A stretch of 64,000 bases of DNA, taken from Dehalococcoidia bacterium (GTDB taxonomy: Bacteria > Chloroflexota > Dehalococcoidia > Lucifugimonadales > UBA3495). The stretch is taken from NCBI GenBank assembly GCA_963665735.1, contig OY762444.1, forward strand, positions 2,187,547-2,251,546, written 5' to 3'. A program made the translations under genes and the position numbers. This document shows positions 45,891 to 57,466 of this stretch, in pieces; positions within the stretch are counted from its first letter, which is position 1; each line of letters begins with the position of its first letter. The notes under the pieces are model-generated. The model ran no database searches and was not told the DNA's origin. It saw only the letters and a program-made list of their open reading frames with translations.

Positions 45891-47084
45891 ATGAATTACC
45901 GCTCCCGGTTGGGCTTTTATTTGGTTCTGGCCCTGGGATTGCCCAGCATCGCGGCGCTTTTTTCCGGGGTTCATCTGCCGCCGGTGGCGGCGACGTGCGT
46001 TTACGGGGCGGGGATTATGGCCGGGGCCTTTCTGATGTCCTGGGCCGCCGAAGTCGCCGAGTTGGACATCTCGGCGTCGCTGGCTATCGCCATTCTGGTG
46101 CTGCTGACCGTCCTGCCGGAATTCGCTATCGAGGCCGTGCTGGTCTGGGACGCCGGCGCGTCTTTCGACACCGCCACCAGGGAAATTACGGCGGAGACGC
46201 AGCGGGTGGCGGCCAACGTCACGGGGGCCAACCGACTGCTCATTGGGCTGGGCTGGTCGGCGGTGATTCTGCTCTACTGGCTGAGGCGGCGGGGCATGGT
46301 GGATGTTCGAGGCCGGATGGGTGCGGAAGTGACCTTTCTGGCGGTGGCAACGCTGCTCAGTTTCGCCATTTTCTTCCTGCGAGGAATCCACGCGGCGCTG
46401 GCGGCGGCGCTTATCGGGTTGTACCTGGTTTACCTGTGGATGAGCTTGAGGAGGGAGGTGGAGGAGCCGGAACTGGCGGGTATTACCCGTTGGCTGGGTT
46501 CGCTGCCGGCGGGCTGGCGGCGGGCGGTGGTCGTCGGCCTGTTCGGGTACGCCGCCGGAATCATTCTGGTGGCGGTGGAGCCATTCGTGGGCGGGCTTAT
46601 CGAGATGGGCCGGAGCCTGGGAATGGATGAGTTCATCCTCATACAAATTATCGCGCCGCTGGCATCGGAGACGCCGGAGGTGGTGGTGGCGGCGCTGTTC
46701 GCGTGGCGGGCGAATCCGGCGGCGGGGCTGGAGGTTCTGATTTCATCGGGGGCGACGAAGTTCACCCTGCTTATCGGCGGCATGGTGGTGATATTCAGCT
46801 TGTCGGCGGGGCAGGTTCTGACCTTGCCGTTGGACAGTCGGCAGGCCATTGAGTTTCTGCTGACCACGGCGGTGGCGGTCTTTGGGCTGCTGCTGATTGC
46901 GCGGCGGGTGGTGGATTGGCGGGCCGGGGCAGCGCTGCTGGCGCTTTTCGTGGCGCATCTCTTTTTTCCGAAGGCGGAACACCGGCTCTGGGTGGCCGGC
47001 GTTTACTTCGCGCTGGCGGCGCTGCTGGTCGTCAGGGACTGGCGGCGGGTGAAGTTTTTGTTTCGGGAGGGGGCGGGGTTGTAG
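45891..47084 (+). CDS. Sodium/calcium exchanger (CaCA) family membrane protein
   Basis: From MNYRSRLGF... Polytopic, with two alpha-repeat-like segments (..TVLPEFAIEAV.. and ..APLASETPEVVVA..). Confidence 0.7.
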   Translation: MNYRSRLGFYLVLALGLPSIAALFSGVHLPPVAATCVYGAGIMAGAFLMSWAAEVAELDISASLAIAILVLLTVLPEFAIEAVLVWDAGASFDTATREITAETQRVAANVTGANRLLIGLGWSAVILLYWLRRRGMVDVRGRMGAEVTFLAVATLLSFAIFFLRGIHAALAAALIGLYLVYLWMSLRREVEEPELAGITRWLGSLPAGWRRAVVVGLFGYAAGIILVAVEPFVGGLIEMGRSLGMDEFILIQIIAPLASETPEVVVAALFAWRANPAAGLEVLISSGATKFTLLIGGMVVIFSLSAGQVLTLPLDSRQAIEFLLTTAVAVFGLLLIARRVVDWRAGAALLALFVAHLFFPKAEHRLWVAGVYFALAALLVVRDWRRVKFLFREGAGL

Positions 47085-47261
47085 GGTGGGTGGTTGTTGG
47101 GGGGGTTGACACCTTCGCCCTTGAAGCAGTTGGATGGATTTTGTTCCCAAACTGGTCATTAGTTCTATTGACTTCCGGTGGTTTGGTCAATAATAATACA
47201 CTTGTTCTATGACATTGAACTTGTTGCTGAATCTCCATTTCTCCCCCGGGATGGTTCAGAT

Positions 47262-47549
47262 ATGCCTCTGTTTGTAGCAATCTTCAGCGAACCTCTATGC
47301 GATGCGGTTATGGAGTTAGCCCAGTCCGGCCCGGTGGAATCCGCCCATCCCATTGACGACCATGCCCTGGCGATTCGGAGTTTTGCGCAAAATCCCCAAG
47401 TCCTTGGCGACTATTTCGGCATGAACGATACTCCGCCATCCCGTTCCGGGATAGTGTTCAAGTTGAACGGCGCTTACTTCGGATTTCAAGAATCTGGCCT
47501 ATGGGATTGGCTCGAGGAGAACCGTTATGACCCAGCCCCGCAGAGGTGA
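47262..47549 (+). CDS. Hypothetical protein (AT-richer islet)
   Basis: 95 aa from MPLFVAIFSEP... No family recognised. Overlaps the next ORF by 23 nt. Confidence 0.4.
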   Translation: MPLFVAIFSEPLCDAVMELAQSGPVESAHPIDDHALAIRSFAQNPQVLGDYFGMNDTPPSRSGIVFKLNGAYFGFQESGLWDWLEENRYDPAPQR

Positions 47550-47757
47550 CTCCCGTGTAGGTGGATACTACGACGAAAAACTTGATGACGTCAGCACCCG
47601 CTTGGCCCGGGTGGAAGGACGCATGGAGTCGGTAGCCACCAAGGAGGATGTCGCCAACGCCAAACTCAGCATGGTGATGATGTGGGTTGGGTTCGGCATT
47701 GCGATTATGCTTTCCTTGGTGAATGTGGGCGCTATTCTGCTCCGAACTTTGCCCTAA
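47527..47757 (+). CDS. Short coiled-coil + C-terminal TM protein (XhlA-like architecture)
   Basis: 76 aa. LDDVSTRLARVEGRMESVATKEDV is followed by MVMMWVGFGIAIMLSLVNVGAIL. Confidence 0.5.
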   Translation: MTQPRRGDSRVGGYYDEKLDDVSTRLARVEGRMESVATKEDVANAKLSMVMMWVGFGIAIMLSLVNVGAILLRTLP

Positions 47758-47820
47758 TGCTCCTCATAGTTGGGATGGGTTAACCCGATAATTGCCGGTA
47801 TTCCCAACACGCGCTGGGAT

Positions 47821-48300
47821 TAGAACAAGTTGAGGCGGAAGCATACCAGGGCGATGGAGTCCCGCAGCATGGTCACGCTCTTGCTGTACCCCTTGGTCTT
47901 GCGCTGCAACCGTTTCGACTTGTCCCGCAATCTGGAATGCAGCCCCTCATTCCAGTTCACTGCACCACCCTTTCATCCAGGGCGATGACCCGGGCGGGCT
48001 ACCGCCGTTGCTGCCCGCGCCGCCGGGTCTCCCGGGTCATCAACTCATGGGATTGCCGGGCTTTTTTTGACCCAGGAATAGACGGTTTCCGGCAAAATCC
48101 CCAGGACGCGGCCGATGGATGCCAGGCTGGACCCTTCGGCGTACATACTCAGGGCTTGGGTCTTGTATTCGGCGTGGGAAGGCCACGAGGCGCTTAGGTG
48201 GCGACACGACAGCGCCCCGTGGGAACTGTGGCACTGCCACCGGACCCACGGGGAATTACGGCTATGGTCGGGTGGGTGAGCCTTTGGGGTACATGGGGAA
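47821..48300 (-). pseudogene. Degraded IS1-like transposase (N-terminal HTH piece and C-terminal piece only)
   Basis: 48045-48200 encodes ..EYKTQALSMYAEGSSLASIGRVLGILPETVYSWVKK. 47821-47960 encodes NWNEGLHSRLRDKSKRLQRKTKGYSKSVTML..*. The catalytic core is missing. Confidence 0.45.
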
Positions 48301-48593
48301 AGAATTTGTAGGGAATTGTAACCTGTGTACCCCACAGCTTTTCCGCTTACCGTGGTACAAGTGAACGGTAAACTATACACCCGTCACCCCGCCAAACCGC
48401 AAATCCCCCAGGCCGGGGCAACAATCATCCCCGTCCCATTCCTGCGCCATACCCCCGGCGGACGCCGGCCATTGGCCGGCCTGGGCATCAGCCCGGCGGG
48501 ATTCCACCGCGTCACGGGGCCTCAATCCGGCCAAAATCGCCCCCAAAGATGTTAACCTTTTGTTAACTAATCCCTTTCCGCTGGCCCCAACCC

Positions 48594-48622
48594 TTGCCAC
48601 ATCGTGAAAAATAGTGCATACT
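48594..48622 (+). promoter_or_regulatory. Candidate promoter for the 5S rRNA gene
   Basis: TTGCCA (48594), a 17-nt spacer, CATACT (48617), about 10 nt before the 5S 5' end. Confidence 0.45.
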
Positions 48623-48632
48623 CAACACGATT

Positions 48633-48750
48633 TCCTGGTGGTTCTAGCGGAGTGGCCCCACCCGTTCCCATCCCGAACACGGAAGTGAAACGCTCCAGCG
48701 CCGACGATACTGCTCTGGCAACGGGGTGGGAAAATAGGTCACCGCCGGGA
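48633..48750 (+). rRNA. rrf: 5S ribosomal RNA
   Basis: TCCTGGTGG...CCACCCGTTCCCATCCCGAACACGGAAGTGAAACGCTCCAGCGCCGACGATACTG...AGGTCACCGCCGGGA. Universal 5S loop/helix sequences are present and the terminal helix pairs. Confidence 0.93.
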
Positions 48751-48990
48751 TTTAAGCTCGATTCGTTTTTTCCGGTTCCCATAGCGCAAACGTGAAGGAA
48801 CCATCGCCGGGTCCGGCAAACCCGGGTTATTAAGGAACGTGCCGATAGCTTCGCCATCGGCCAAGTTCCCCCGGCTGGCCCGCCGGCGTTTCCTTCCCAC
48901 TCCAGGATGCCAACCGTATCATCGGCGGCGGATTGAGCGCACTGCCAAACCAGTCCGGGTCGCTCACCTTAACCCTCCAGGAGCGGTATC

Positions 48991-51456
48991 ATGGGAAGTA
49001 GATTCGAGAAATTCTCCGAACGCGCCCGCCGGGTGCTCTCGCTGGCCCAGGAAGAAGCCCAGCGGTTCAACCACAACTACATCGGCACCGAACACATCCT
49101 GCTGGGGCTGGTGCGAGAGACCGAAGGCGTCGCCGCCCGGGTCTTGTCGGGCTTGGGCGTTGACCTGAGCAAAGTCCGCTCCGCCGTCGAATTTATCATC
49201 GGCCGCGGCGAAAAGCCCACCCAGGGCGAAATCGGCCTTACCCCCCGCGCCAAGAAGGTGGTCGAGTTGGCGGTGGACGAAGCCCGCCGCATGAACCACA
49301 CTTATATAGGAACCGAACACCTGTTAATCGGCCTCCTCCGGGAGGGCGAGGGTGTCGCCGCCGGCGTCCTTGAAAGCCTGGGCGTTACCCTGGAAAAAGT
49401 CCGCGCCGAAACCCACCGCATCCTCAGCAACAGCGCCCCCAGCGGCAACCAGGGAACCCGCAGCAGCACCCGCACCCCCACCCTCGACCAGTTGGGCATT
49501 GACCTTACCGTCGCCGCCCGCTCCGGCAAGCTCGACCCGGTGATTGGACGCCAGCCCGAACTGGAGCGCGTCGTCCAGATTCTCAGCCGCCGCACCAAGA
49601 ACAACCCCGTGCTGGTGGGCGAACCCGGCGTCGGCAAGACCGCCATCGTCGAGGCTATGGCCCAGAACATCAGCAGCGGCGAAGTCCCCGAAACCCTCCA
49701 GGGCAAGCGGCTGGTCACTCTGGACATGGGCGCTCTGGTGGCCGGCACCAAGTACCGCGGCGAATTTGAGGAACGCTTAAAGAAGGTCATCGAAGAAATC
49801 AAGGCCTCCGGCAACTGCGTCCTTTTCATTGACGAGATTCATACCATCGTCGGCGCCGGCGCTGCCGAGGGCGCCGTGGACGCCTCCAACATCCTCAAGC
49901 CCTCCCTGGCCCGCGGCGAAATCCAGTGCATCGGCGCCACCACCCTGGACGATTATCGCAAGTACGTGGAACGCGACCCGGCCCTGGAGCGCCGCTTGCA
50001 GCCCGTCCGGGTCGAAGAACCCAGCAACGAAGACACCATTGACATCCTGCGCGGCGTCAAAGACCGTTACGAAGACCACCACAATGTTGACATCACCGAG
50101 GACGCTCTCAAGGCCGCCGCCAACCTTTCCACCCGGTTCATCCCCGACCGTTTCCTCCCCGACAAGGCCATTGACCTGCTGGACGAAGCCGGTTCCCGCG
50201 TCCGCTTGCGCGGCAGTTCCACCCCGGCATCGGTCAGGGACGCCATGCAGGTGCTGGACGAGGTTCGCAAGGAAAAGGACGAGGCTATCGCCTCCCAGCA
50301 GTACGAAGTCGCCGCCGAACTCCGCGACCGCGAGTTGAACCTGAACCAGAACCTGGACACCTTGGAAAAAGAGTGGCACGAAGGCCGCCTCAAGGAACGC
50401 TCCCAGGTCACTGAGGAAGACATCGCCGAAGTGGTCAGTATGTGGACCGGCATCCCCGTCACCCGTCTGGCCCAGGAAGAGACCGAGCGCCTCCTCCACA
50501 TGGAATCCGAACTCCACAAGCGCATCATCGGCCAGGACGAAGCCATCATTAACATCTCCAAGGCCGTGCGCCGCGCCCGCGCCGGACTCAAAGACCCCCG
50601 CCACCCCATCGGCGTGTTCCTGTTCCTTGGCCCCACCGGCGTCGGCAAGACCGAGTTGGTGCGCGCCCTGGCCGAGTTCATGTTCGGCGATGAGGACAAC
50701 ATGGTCCGGCTGGATATGTCCGAGTTTCAGGAGCGGCACACTACCGCCCGTCTCATCGGCGCCCCGCCGGGTTACGTCGGCTACGACGAAGGCGGCCAGC
50801 TTACCGAGACCGTCCGCCGCAAGAACTACTGCGCCATACTGCTGGACGAAATCGAAAAGGCCCACCCCGAAATCTTCAACGTCCTGCTCCAGATTTTCGA
50901 CGCCGGCCAGTTGACCGACGCCCGGGGCCGCCGCGTGGACTTCCGCAACTCCATCATCGCTATGACCAGCAACCTCGGCTCAGACCTTATCAAGCGCGAC
51001 ACCACGATGGGGTTCGCGGTCAAGGCCGACGAAGCGCAGACCCAGAACCAGGCTTACGAGCGGATGAAGGAAAAGGTGATGGATGAAGTCAAGCGCTTTT
51101 TCCGCCCCGAATTTCTCAACCGCCTCGACGCCACCATCGTTTTCCACCAGCTCGACAAGCCCGAAATCCTGTCCATCGTTGACCTGATGATGGGCATGGT
51201 TCGTAAGGAACTGGAGGACAAGCAGGTTGACCTGGAGTTGACCCTGGCTGCCAAGGAATACCTGGGCGAAAACGGTTTTGACCCGGTGCTGGGCGCGCGC
51301 CCCTTGCGCCGCCTGATCCAGAACGAAGTGGAAGACCGGCTTTCCGACGAACTGCTCAGCGGCCGCATCAAGGCCGGCGATATAGCGGTGGTTGACATGG
51401 ACGAGGACGGCTCCATGATTATCTACGCCAAGGCCGAAGTCGCCGCCGTCACCTAG
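48991..51456 (+). CDS. clpC: ATP-dependent Clp protease ATP-binding subunit ClpC
   Basis: 821 aa. Clp_N repeats ([16 protein letters not shown]..) and two AAA+ modules with GEPGVGKT and GPTGVGKT. Confidence 0.95.
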   Translation: MGSRFEKFSERARRVLSLAQEEAQRFNHNYIGTEHILLGLVRETEGVAARVLSGLGVDLSKVRSAVEFIIGRGEKPTQGEIGLTPRAKKVVELAVDEARRMNHTYIGTEHLLIGLLREGEGVAAGVLESLGVTLEKVRAETHRILSNSAPSGNQGTRSSTRTPTLDQLGIDLTVAARSGKLDPVIGRQPELERVVQILSRRTKNNPVLVGEPGVGKTAIVEAMAQNISSGEVPETLQGKRLVTLDMGALVAGTKYRGEFEERLKKVIEEIKASGNCVLFIDEIHTIVGAGAAEGAVDASNILKPSLARGEIQCIGATTLDDYRKYVERDPALERRLQPVRVEEPSNEDTIDILRGVKDRYEDHHNVDITEDALKAAANLSTRFIPDRFLPDKAIDLLDEAGSRVRLRGSSTPASVRDAMQVLDEVRKEKDEAIASQQYEVAAELRDRELNLNQNLDTLEKEWHEGRLKERSQVTEEDIAEVVSMWTGIPVTRLAQEETERLLHMESELHKRIIGQDEAIINISKAVRRARAGLKDPRHPIGVFLFLGPTGVGKTELVRALAEFMFGDEDNMVRLDMSEFQERHTTARLIGAPPGYVGYDEGGQLTETVRRKNYCAILLDEIEKAHPEIFNVLLQIFDAGQLTDARGRRVDFRNSIIAMTSNLGSDLIKRDTTMGFAVKADEAQTQNQAYERMKEKVMDEVKRFFRPEFLNRLDATIVFHQLDKPEILSIVDLMMGMVRKELEDKQVDLELTLAAKEYLGENGFDPVLGARPLRRLIQNEVEDRLSDELLSGRIKAGDIAVVDMDEDGSMIIYAKAEVAAVT

Positions 51457-51641
51457 TAGTCCATCACTTGGGACTGACAGGCGAACCGTCAGTCCGTTCA
51501 TGGTTCGACAAGCTCAGGGCGAACGGACGGCCCTTCGACAAGCTCAGGACGAATGGGAAAATTAACCGCCAATTTCCAACGGTTCTGCCCTACTGACAAG
51601 AGGCCCCCGACAACGGGGCCTCTTCCCTTTATAATGTCCCC

Positions 51642-53081
51642 ATGCCCCGCCCCAGAGAACAGCGCAGCGTCTTTCTTTGCCAGGACTGCGGCCACGAAAG
51701 CCCCCGGTGGATGGGATTTTGTCCCGCCCCCGGCTGCGGCTCGGCTCAACCCCTGGTGGAAACCCGCCCGTCCGCCCCGCCGTCGGCCCATCTTTCCTGG
51801 ACCGGCGGCCCCTCCCAACCCTTGCAGGAACTTTCCGCCCTCGGCCCGGACCTGGAACCTCGCATCTCCCTGGCCTCCGAAGAACTCAACCGGGTCATGG
51901 GCGGCGGGCTGGTTCCCGGCTCCGTGTCCCTGCTGGCCGGCGAACCCGGCGTTGGCAAGTCCACCCTGCTGCTCCAGGTGGCCCGGTCAATGGCCCAAAA
52001 CGGCTTGGCTGTGGTGTACGCCAGCGGCGAAGAATCGCCGCACCAGATAAGACTCCGTTCCCAGCGTCTCGGCGTTGATGGCCGGGGCATCTTCCTGCTG
52101 TCCGAAACCAACGTCGAGGAAATCCTGGCCCGGCTGGAAGAATCCCGCCCCGGTCTCGCCATTATTGACTCGGTGCAGACCCTCTACACCCGGGACGTTC
52201 CCTCCGGCCCCGGCAGCGTGGTGCAGGTTAGGGAGTGCGGCCTGCGCCTGCTGCGTTGGGCCAAGCAGAGCAACGTCCCGGTGGTCATGGCCGGCCACGT
52301 CACCAAGGAAGGCTCTCTGGCCGGCCCCCGCGTCCTGGAACACATGGTTGACACCGTGATGTACCTGGAAGGCGAAGACCTGAACGCCTACCGGGTCTTG
52401 CGGGGCAGCAAAAACCGCTTTGGTTCCACCAACGAAGTCGGCGTCCTGGAAATGACCGGCCAGGGGTTGGTGGACGTTCCCGACCCCTCCCATTCCCTGC
52501 TGTTGCAGCGTCACGACCGGGCCGTCGGTTCCGCCTTGACCCCGGTGTTGGAAGGCACCCGCCCCCTGCTGCTGGAAGTCCAGGGGTTGACCTCGCTGGC
52601 TTTCGGCCCGGCTCCCCGCCGGGTAGCCAACGGCGTGGACTACAACCGGCTGCTGATGCTGGCCGCCGTCGCCAGCCGCCGGGCCGGGCTGGAACTGGCC
52701 GGCCAGGACATCATCGTCAGCATCGCCGGCGGATTCCGCGCCACCGAACCCGCCGTTGACCTGGCCGTCATCGCCGCCCTGGCCTCCAGCCTCCGCAACC
52801 GGCCCATCGCCCTGGGAACCGTGGTGGTGGGAGAAGTCGGTTTGAGCGGCGAACTTCGCGCCGTACCCCAGGGAGAGCGGCGCTTGCTGGAAATCTCCCG
52901 CCTCGGCTTGACCCGCTGCGTCCTCCCCGAAACCGCCCGGCCCGAAGTCAAACCCCCGGACAACGTGGAATTGGTTTTCGTCAGAACCGTGCGCCAAGCC
53001 CTGCGCGCCATCCTGGAAAATCCCACCGCCAACGACGACGAAACCCCGCCGCCCTTCGATTTCGACGACCCCTCCGAGTAA
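51642..53081 (+). CDS. radA: DNA repair protein RadA/Sms
   Basis: N-terminal Zn ribbon CQDCGHESPRWMGFCPAPGC, Walker A GEPGVGKST, KNRFG motif and a Lon-like C-terminal domain. Confidence 0.95.
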   Translation: MPRPREQRSVFLCQDCGHESPRWMGFCPAPGCGSAQPLVETRPSAPPSAHLSWTGGPSQPLQELSALGPDLEPRISLASEELNRVMGGGLVPGSVSLLAGEPGVGKSTLLLQVARSMAQNGLAVVYASGEESPHQIRLRSQRLGVDGRGIFLLSETNVEEILARLEESRPGLAIIDSVQTLYTRDVPSGPGSVVQVRECGLRLLRWAKQSNVPVVMAGHVTKEGSLAGPRVLEHMVDTVMYLEGEDLNAYRVLRGSKNRFGSTNEVGVLEMTGQGLVDVPDPSHSLLLQRHDRAVGSALTPVLEGTRPLLLEVQGLTSLAFGPAPRRVANGVDYNRLLMLAAVASRRAGLELAGQDIIVSIAGGFRATEPAVDLAVIAALASSLRNRPIALGTVVVGEVGLSGELRAVPQGERRLLEISRLGLTRCVLPETARPEVKPPDNVELVFVRTVRQALRAILENPTANDDETPPPFDFDDPSE

Positions 53082-53089
53082 CCTCCCTG

Positions 53090-53700
53090 TCCCAAAACTC
53101 CCCTCCCCCTCGACGGGGGAGGGTTAGGGTGGGGGTGACCTCCCGCCCCGCCAACCTCGGCCTATTGACAACCTCCACGGCAACATCGTCCGTAGGGGCG
53201 GGTTTGAAACCCGCCCCTACCAACATTCACGACCGGCGCCGAGCGCCGGAGAAAAATCCCTCTAATCCCAACCATCGTCACCATACCAACCCACCGCTAA
53301 CTTGTAGGGGCGCACGGCCGTGCGCCCCTACACCGCCAACAAAGCCACCAACCCCTACCCCCCAACCCGTCAATCCGGCGAAAGCCGGAATCCAGAAATT
53401 CTAGGGGGTGTCGTCAAATCAAGGCAGTTATTCTTGAAAGCTACGGATGTCACCCCCACCCCTTCGGCTCCGCTCAGGGCCGGCTCTAACCATTCCCTCC
53501 GTAGGGGGGAGGGGATTTATCAAACACTCTCTAAGGGCGTTGGTTGTGGATCCCGCTTTCGCGGGAATGACGGTAGAGGGCGGGGATGACGGTAGAGGTA
53601 GGGATGGCGGTAGTTCGGAGGCCGAGGTCGGCGGTGGCAAGGATTTCTGGATTCCGGCCTACGCCGGAATGACGGGGGAGCGGGAAGGATGACTAATGAA
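53090..53700. repeat. REP/MITE-like array
   Basis: Families D (53100), C (53192-53220), B (53304-53331) and A (53365, 53545, 53640) in succession. Confidence 0.9.
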
Positions 53701-53929
53701 ATTGACGACACGCCTTAATCGCCAAGACCGCCGCCATTCCCGAAAAATTCCCGCCCAACCCGGCGGCGCAGGCTTTCAACCTGCCCCCACACCACCGACA
53801 GAGCCATTACTCCCAAACCATAAACCGCCCCAAAAACCCCAATAAGACCCCATAATTCCGGTTGATTTTTCCCCCCTTGGCTGATAAATTCTTACGAAAA
53901 TTCTCGGGGAGAGATGGAGGTTATCGGCG

Positions 53930-55066
53930 ATGGGGCGGCGTCTCTTGAAAGAACTCCACCATTCCTACGGCTTCGATGAAGTCGCCATCGTGCCGGGCGA
54001 TGTCACCATCAACCCGGAAATGGCGTCCACCCAGCTCAACCTCGGCAGCCATGTCTTCGATGCTCCCTTCCTGGCCTCGGCTATGGACGGCACGGTTTCC
54101 CCCCGGTTCGCCACGCTGATGCACGAAATGGGCGGCCTCGGCGTCCTCAACGGCGAAGGCTTGTACACCCGCTACCAAGACCCCTACTCGGTGCTGGAAG
54201 AAATAACCTCCATGCCCCAAGGGGAGGTGACCGAGTACCTCCAGCAGGTTTACTCCAAACCCGTCCAGGACTACCTGATAGGCCAGCGGGTACAGGAAAT
54301 CAAGGAATCCGGCGCGGTGTGCGCCGTTTCTTTTACCCCCCAGACCACCAAGAAACTTAGCCCCCTGGCCGTGGAGGCCGGCGCCGACCTGGTATTCGTC
54401 CAGTCCACCGTGACCACCGCCCGGCATATGTCCCGCAGCTACACCGGCTTGATATTCTCCGAACTCATCGAGTCCCTCCGGGTGCCGGTGGTCGTCGGCA
54501 ACTGCGTCAGCTACAACGTCGCCCTGGAATTGATGGAAACCGGCATTGACGGCGTTCTGGTGGGCGTCGGCCCCGGCGCCGCCTGCACCACCCGCGAAGT
54601 CACCGGCGTCGGCGTCCCCCAGGTCACCGCCACCCTGGAGTGTGCCGCCGCCCGGGAAGACTACTTCCAGCGCACTGGCCGATATGTCTCCGTAATCACC
54701 GACGGCGGCATCCGCACCGGCGGCGACGTTTGCAAGTCTATCGCCAGCGGCGCCGACGGCGTGATGCTGGGTACGCCCTTCGCCCAAGCCGAAGAGGCCC
54801 CCGGCCGCGGCTACAACTGGGGCATGGCCAACGCCCACCCCGAACTGCCCCGCGGCACCCGCATCACCGTTGGCACCAAAGGCACCCTCAAACAGATAAT
54901 GTACGGCCCCACTTCCCTGACCAACGGCACCCAGAACCTGGTGGGCGCCCTGCGGGTGGCGATGGGAATGTGCGGCGCCTACACCGTCCGCGACCTCCAC
55001 CAGGCCGAAATGGTAGTAGCTCCCGCCATCAAAACCGAAGGAAAATTCTTCCAAATGTCCGCCTGA
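53930..55066 (+). CDS. GuaB3-type IMP dehydrogenase family protein (no CBS pair)
   Basis: 378 aa with ..[12 protein letters not shown].., ..[11 protein letters not shown].. and the TIM-barrel C-terminal half GADGVMLG. Confidence 0.85.
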   Translation: MGRRLLKELHHSYGFDEVAIVPGDVTINPEMASTQLNLGSHVFDAPFLASAMDGTVSPRFATLMHEMGGLGVLNGEGLYTRYQDPYSVLEEITSMPQGEVTEYLQQVYSKPVQDYLIGQRVQEIKESGAVCAVSFTPQTTKKLSPLAVEAGADLVFVQSTVTTARHMSRSYTGLIFSELIESLRVPVVVGNCVSYNVALELMETGIDGVLVGVGPGAACTTREVTGVGVPQVTATLECAAAREDYFQRTGRYVSVITDGGIRTGGDVCKSIASGADGVMLGTPFAQAEEAPGRGYNWGMANAHPELPRGTRITVGTKGTLKQIMYGPTSLTNGTQNLVGALRVAMGMCGAYTVRDLHQAEMVVAPAIKTEGKFFQMSA

Positions 55067-55445
55067 CCCGCCTGCAACCTCTACCGTCATTCCCGCCAAA
55101 AATGTAGGGGCGCATGGCCGTGCGCCCCTACCCCCGAAACCAACCTTGGCCCAACCAACCCCCCAATCAATAACTCCCTCCCCTTACCAGGGGGAGGGCT
55201 GGGGAGGGGGTCAACCGTTGCCCCCCAACGAACCCTGTCCCCGGCAAAACCTAACATCCTGGCCCCCCAACCCGTCATTCCCGCGCAGGCCGGAATCCAG
55301 AAATCCTTGCCCCTAAACCTCGCCCCAACCAAAACCCCTATCCCGTTTGACGCCCGATTACCGAGTAGTTAGACTAATTCCCAGCTAAACAAACGCCCTT
55401 CCCCAACCATTTTTGGGGCCAAGGGCGGCAAAGGAGACGGCTCAA

Positions 55446-56264
55446 ATGGACTTCGGACTGCAAGGACGCAAAGGGTTTGTCGGCGGCGGCGGCCGCGGAA
55501 TCGGCAAGGCCATCGCCCGCGAATTGGCCAAGGAAGGCGTTGACCTCGTTATCGCCTCCCGCACCCAGGACCAGTTGGAACAGACCGCCCGCGAAATCGA
55601 GGACGAAACCGGCCGCCGCATCATCCCCATGGTGCTGGACGTAACCCAGAAAGACCAGGTTGACCGGGTAATGGCCGCCGCCGCCGAGCAGTTGGGCGGC
55701 CTGCACATCCTGGTCAACAGCGCCTCCCTACCCGGCGGCTCCCCCAACGCCGTCGGCCCCATCGAAACCCTGGACGAAGACGACCTCATCGCCGACTTCG
55801 ATGTCAAATACGTCGGCGCCCTCCGCTGCGCCCGCGCCGCCATCCCCTACCTGAAAGAGCAGGGCTTTGGCCGCATCATCAACATCAGTGGCGGCAACGC
55901 CCGCAACGCCGGCAACCTCAGCGGCGGCGCCCGCAACGTCTCCCTGGTTCACCTGACCAAGACCCTTTCCAACCACCTGGGCCGCTACGGGATAACCGTC
56001 AACTGCATCCATCCCGGCACCACCCGCACCGAGCGCACCGCCGTAATGCTGGGCGCCCGCGCCGAGCAGATGGGCATTACCCCCGAAGAAGTGGAAGAGC
56101 GCGACTTCGCCCCCGGTTCCGGCTCCGGCAACGCCATCTGCCGCATGGTGGACGCCTCCGAAATCGGCTTCTTTACGGCTTTCCTGGCCTCGGACAAAGC
56201 ATGGGCCATCACCGGCGAAGTCATCGCCGCCGGCGGCGGCACCGGCAACGCCGTCTATTACTAA
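55446..56264 (+). CDS. SDR family oxidoreductase
   Basis: From MDFGLQGRKGFVGGGGRGIGKAIA.. (TGxxxGIG-type motif). 272 aa. Confidence 0.85.
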   Translation: MDFGLQGRKGFVGGGGRGIGKAIARELAKEGVDLVIASRTQDQLEQTAREIEDETGRRIIPMVLDVTQKDQVDRVMAAAAEQLGGLHILVNSASLPGGSPNAVGPIETLDEDDLIADFDVKYVGALRCARAAIPYLKEQGFGRIINISGGNARNAGNLSGGARNVSLVHLTKTLSNHLGRYGITVNCIHPGTTRTERTAVMLGARAEQMGITPEEVEERDFAPGSGSGNAICRMVDASEIGFFTAFLASDKAWAITGEVIAAGGGTGNAVYY

Positions 56265-56396
56265 GAAACTCGGCAATAATCCAACCCCCTTATATCCGGG
56301 AAAGGCAAAAAATCCCCTCCCCCTGATAGGGGGAGGGTTAGGGAGGGGGTGATCCTGGAGATGCGTCCCCATCCCCAGCAACCCGGAGCGCCAGCC

Positions 56397-56933
56397 ATGA
56401 CAACACCGCTGCCAGACCCCGGCGAAGCCAGCGTTGATGACCACGTTCAAATGAGCCGGATATTCCTGGAACACGCCCACCAGGAATTAGACCACGGCGA
56501 CCGTCTCCAGGCGTCGGAAAAAATCTGGGGCGCAACCTCCCACGCCCTCAAAGCCATCGCCATCCAAAGGGGTTGGCGCCATCGCTCCAACGCCACCGTT
56601 TTCGATGTCGGCGAGCAGCTAGCCCTGGAATTTGACCGGGAAGAGGACTTTGAGCGGTATCTGGACAGGGCCGATGCTATGCACCAGAACTTCTACGAAA
56701 ACAACCGGGGCGAACTTGCTGTCCGGTTGGCGCTGGCAGACATCGAAAAATTCTTGGCCGAACTGGACCGAGTACGGGAATCGCCGCCTCGGCCCTACAC
56801 CGTCAGCACTGCCGACGACCGCCGCCGCCTGGGCAACCTCCTGGGTCTCTCCCGGCCCCAACGCCCGGCCATTGGTTCCACTCACCCCCGCGGTTTCTCT
56901 CAACTTCCCGACAACCCGGAGCGCCAGCCATGA
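56397..56933 (+). CDS. PaREP1-like (HEPN-fold) protein with ~55-aa C-terminal tail, tandem copy 1
   Basis: MTTPLPDPGEASVDDHVQMSRIFLEHAHQELDHGDRLQASEKIWGATSHALKAIAIQRGW... ATGA overlap with copy 2. Confidence 0.7.
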   Translation: MTTPLPDPGEASVDDHVQMSRIFLEHAHQELDHGDRLQASEKIWGATSHALKAIAIQRGWRHRSNATVFDVGEQLALEFDREEDFERYLDRADAMHQNFYENNRGELAVRLALADIEKFLAELDRVRESPPRPYTVSTADDRRRLGNLLGLSRPQRPAIGSTHPRGFSQLPDNPERQP

Positions 56934-57466
56934 CAACACCGCTGCCAGACCCCGGCGAAGCCAGTGTTGATGACCACGTTCAAATGAGCCGGATATTCCT
57001 GGAACACGCCCACCAGGAGTTAGACCACGGCGACCGTCTCCAGGCGTCGGAAAAAATCTGGGGCGCAACCTCCCACGCCCTCAAAGCCATCGCTATCCAA
57101 CGGGGTTGGCGCCATCGCTCCAACGCCACCATCTTTGACATTGGCGAACAACTAGCAAGGGAGTTCGGTAGGGAAGACGATTTCGACCGATACTTGACCC
57201 GTGCCGGAGCCATGCACCAGAACTTCTACGACAACGACCGGCGCGAACCCGCTATCCAGTTGGCCTTGGCCGATGTTGAGGAATTTGTAGCTGAATTAGG
57301 CCAAATCCGCGAATCAGCGCCCCGGTCTTTCACCGTCCGCGACGCCAACGACCGCGACCGGCTGGGCAACCTCCTGGGTCTCTCCCGGCCCCAACGCCCG
57401 GCCATCGGTTCCACCCACCCCCACGGCTTTTCCCAACTGCCCGATGACCCGGAGCGCCAACCATGA
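56930..57466 (+). CDS. PaREP1-like protein, tandem copy 2
   Basis: The first ~85 residues are almost identical to copy 1. ATGA overlaps on both sides. Confidence 0.7.
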   Translation: MTTPLPDPGEASVDDHVQMSRIFLEHAHQELDHGDRLQASEKIWGATSHALKAIAIQRGWRHRSNATIFDIGEQLAREFGREDDFDRYLTRAGAMHQNFYDNDRREPAIQLALADVEEFVAELGQIRESAPRSFTVRDANDRDRLGNLLGLSRPQRPAIGSTHPHGFSQLPDDPERQP

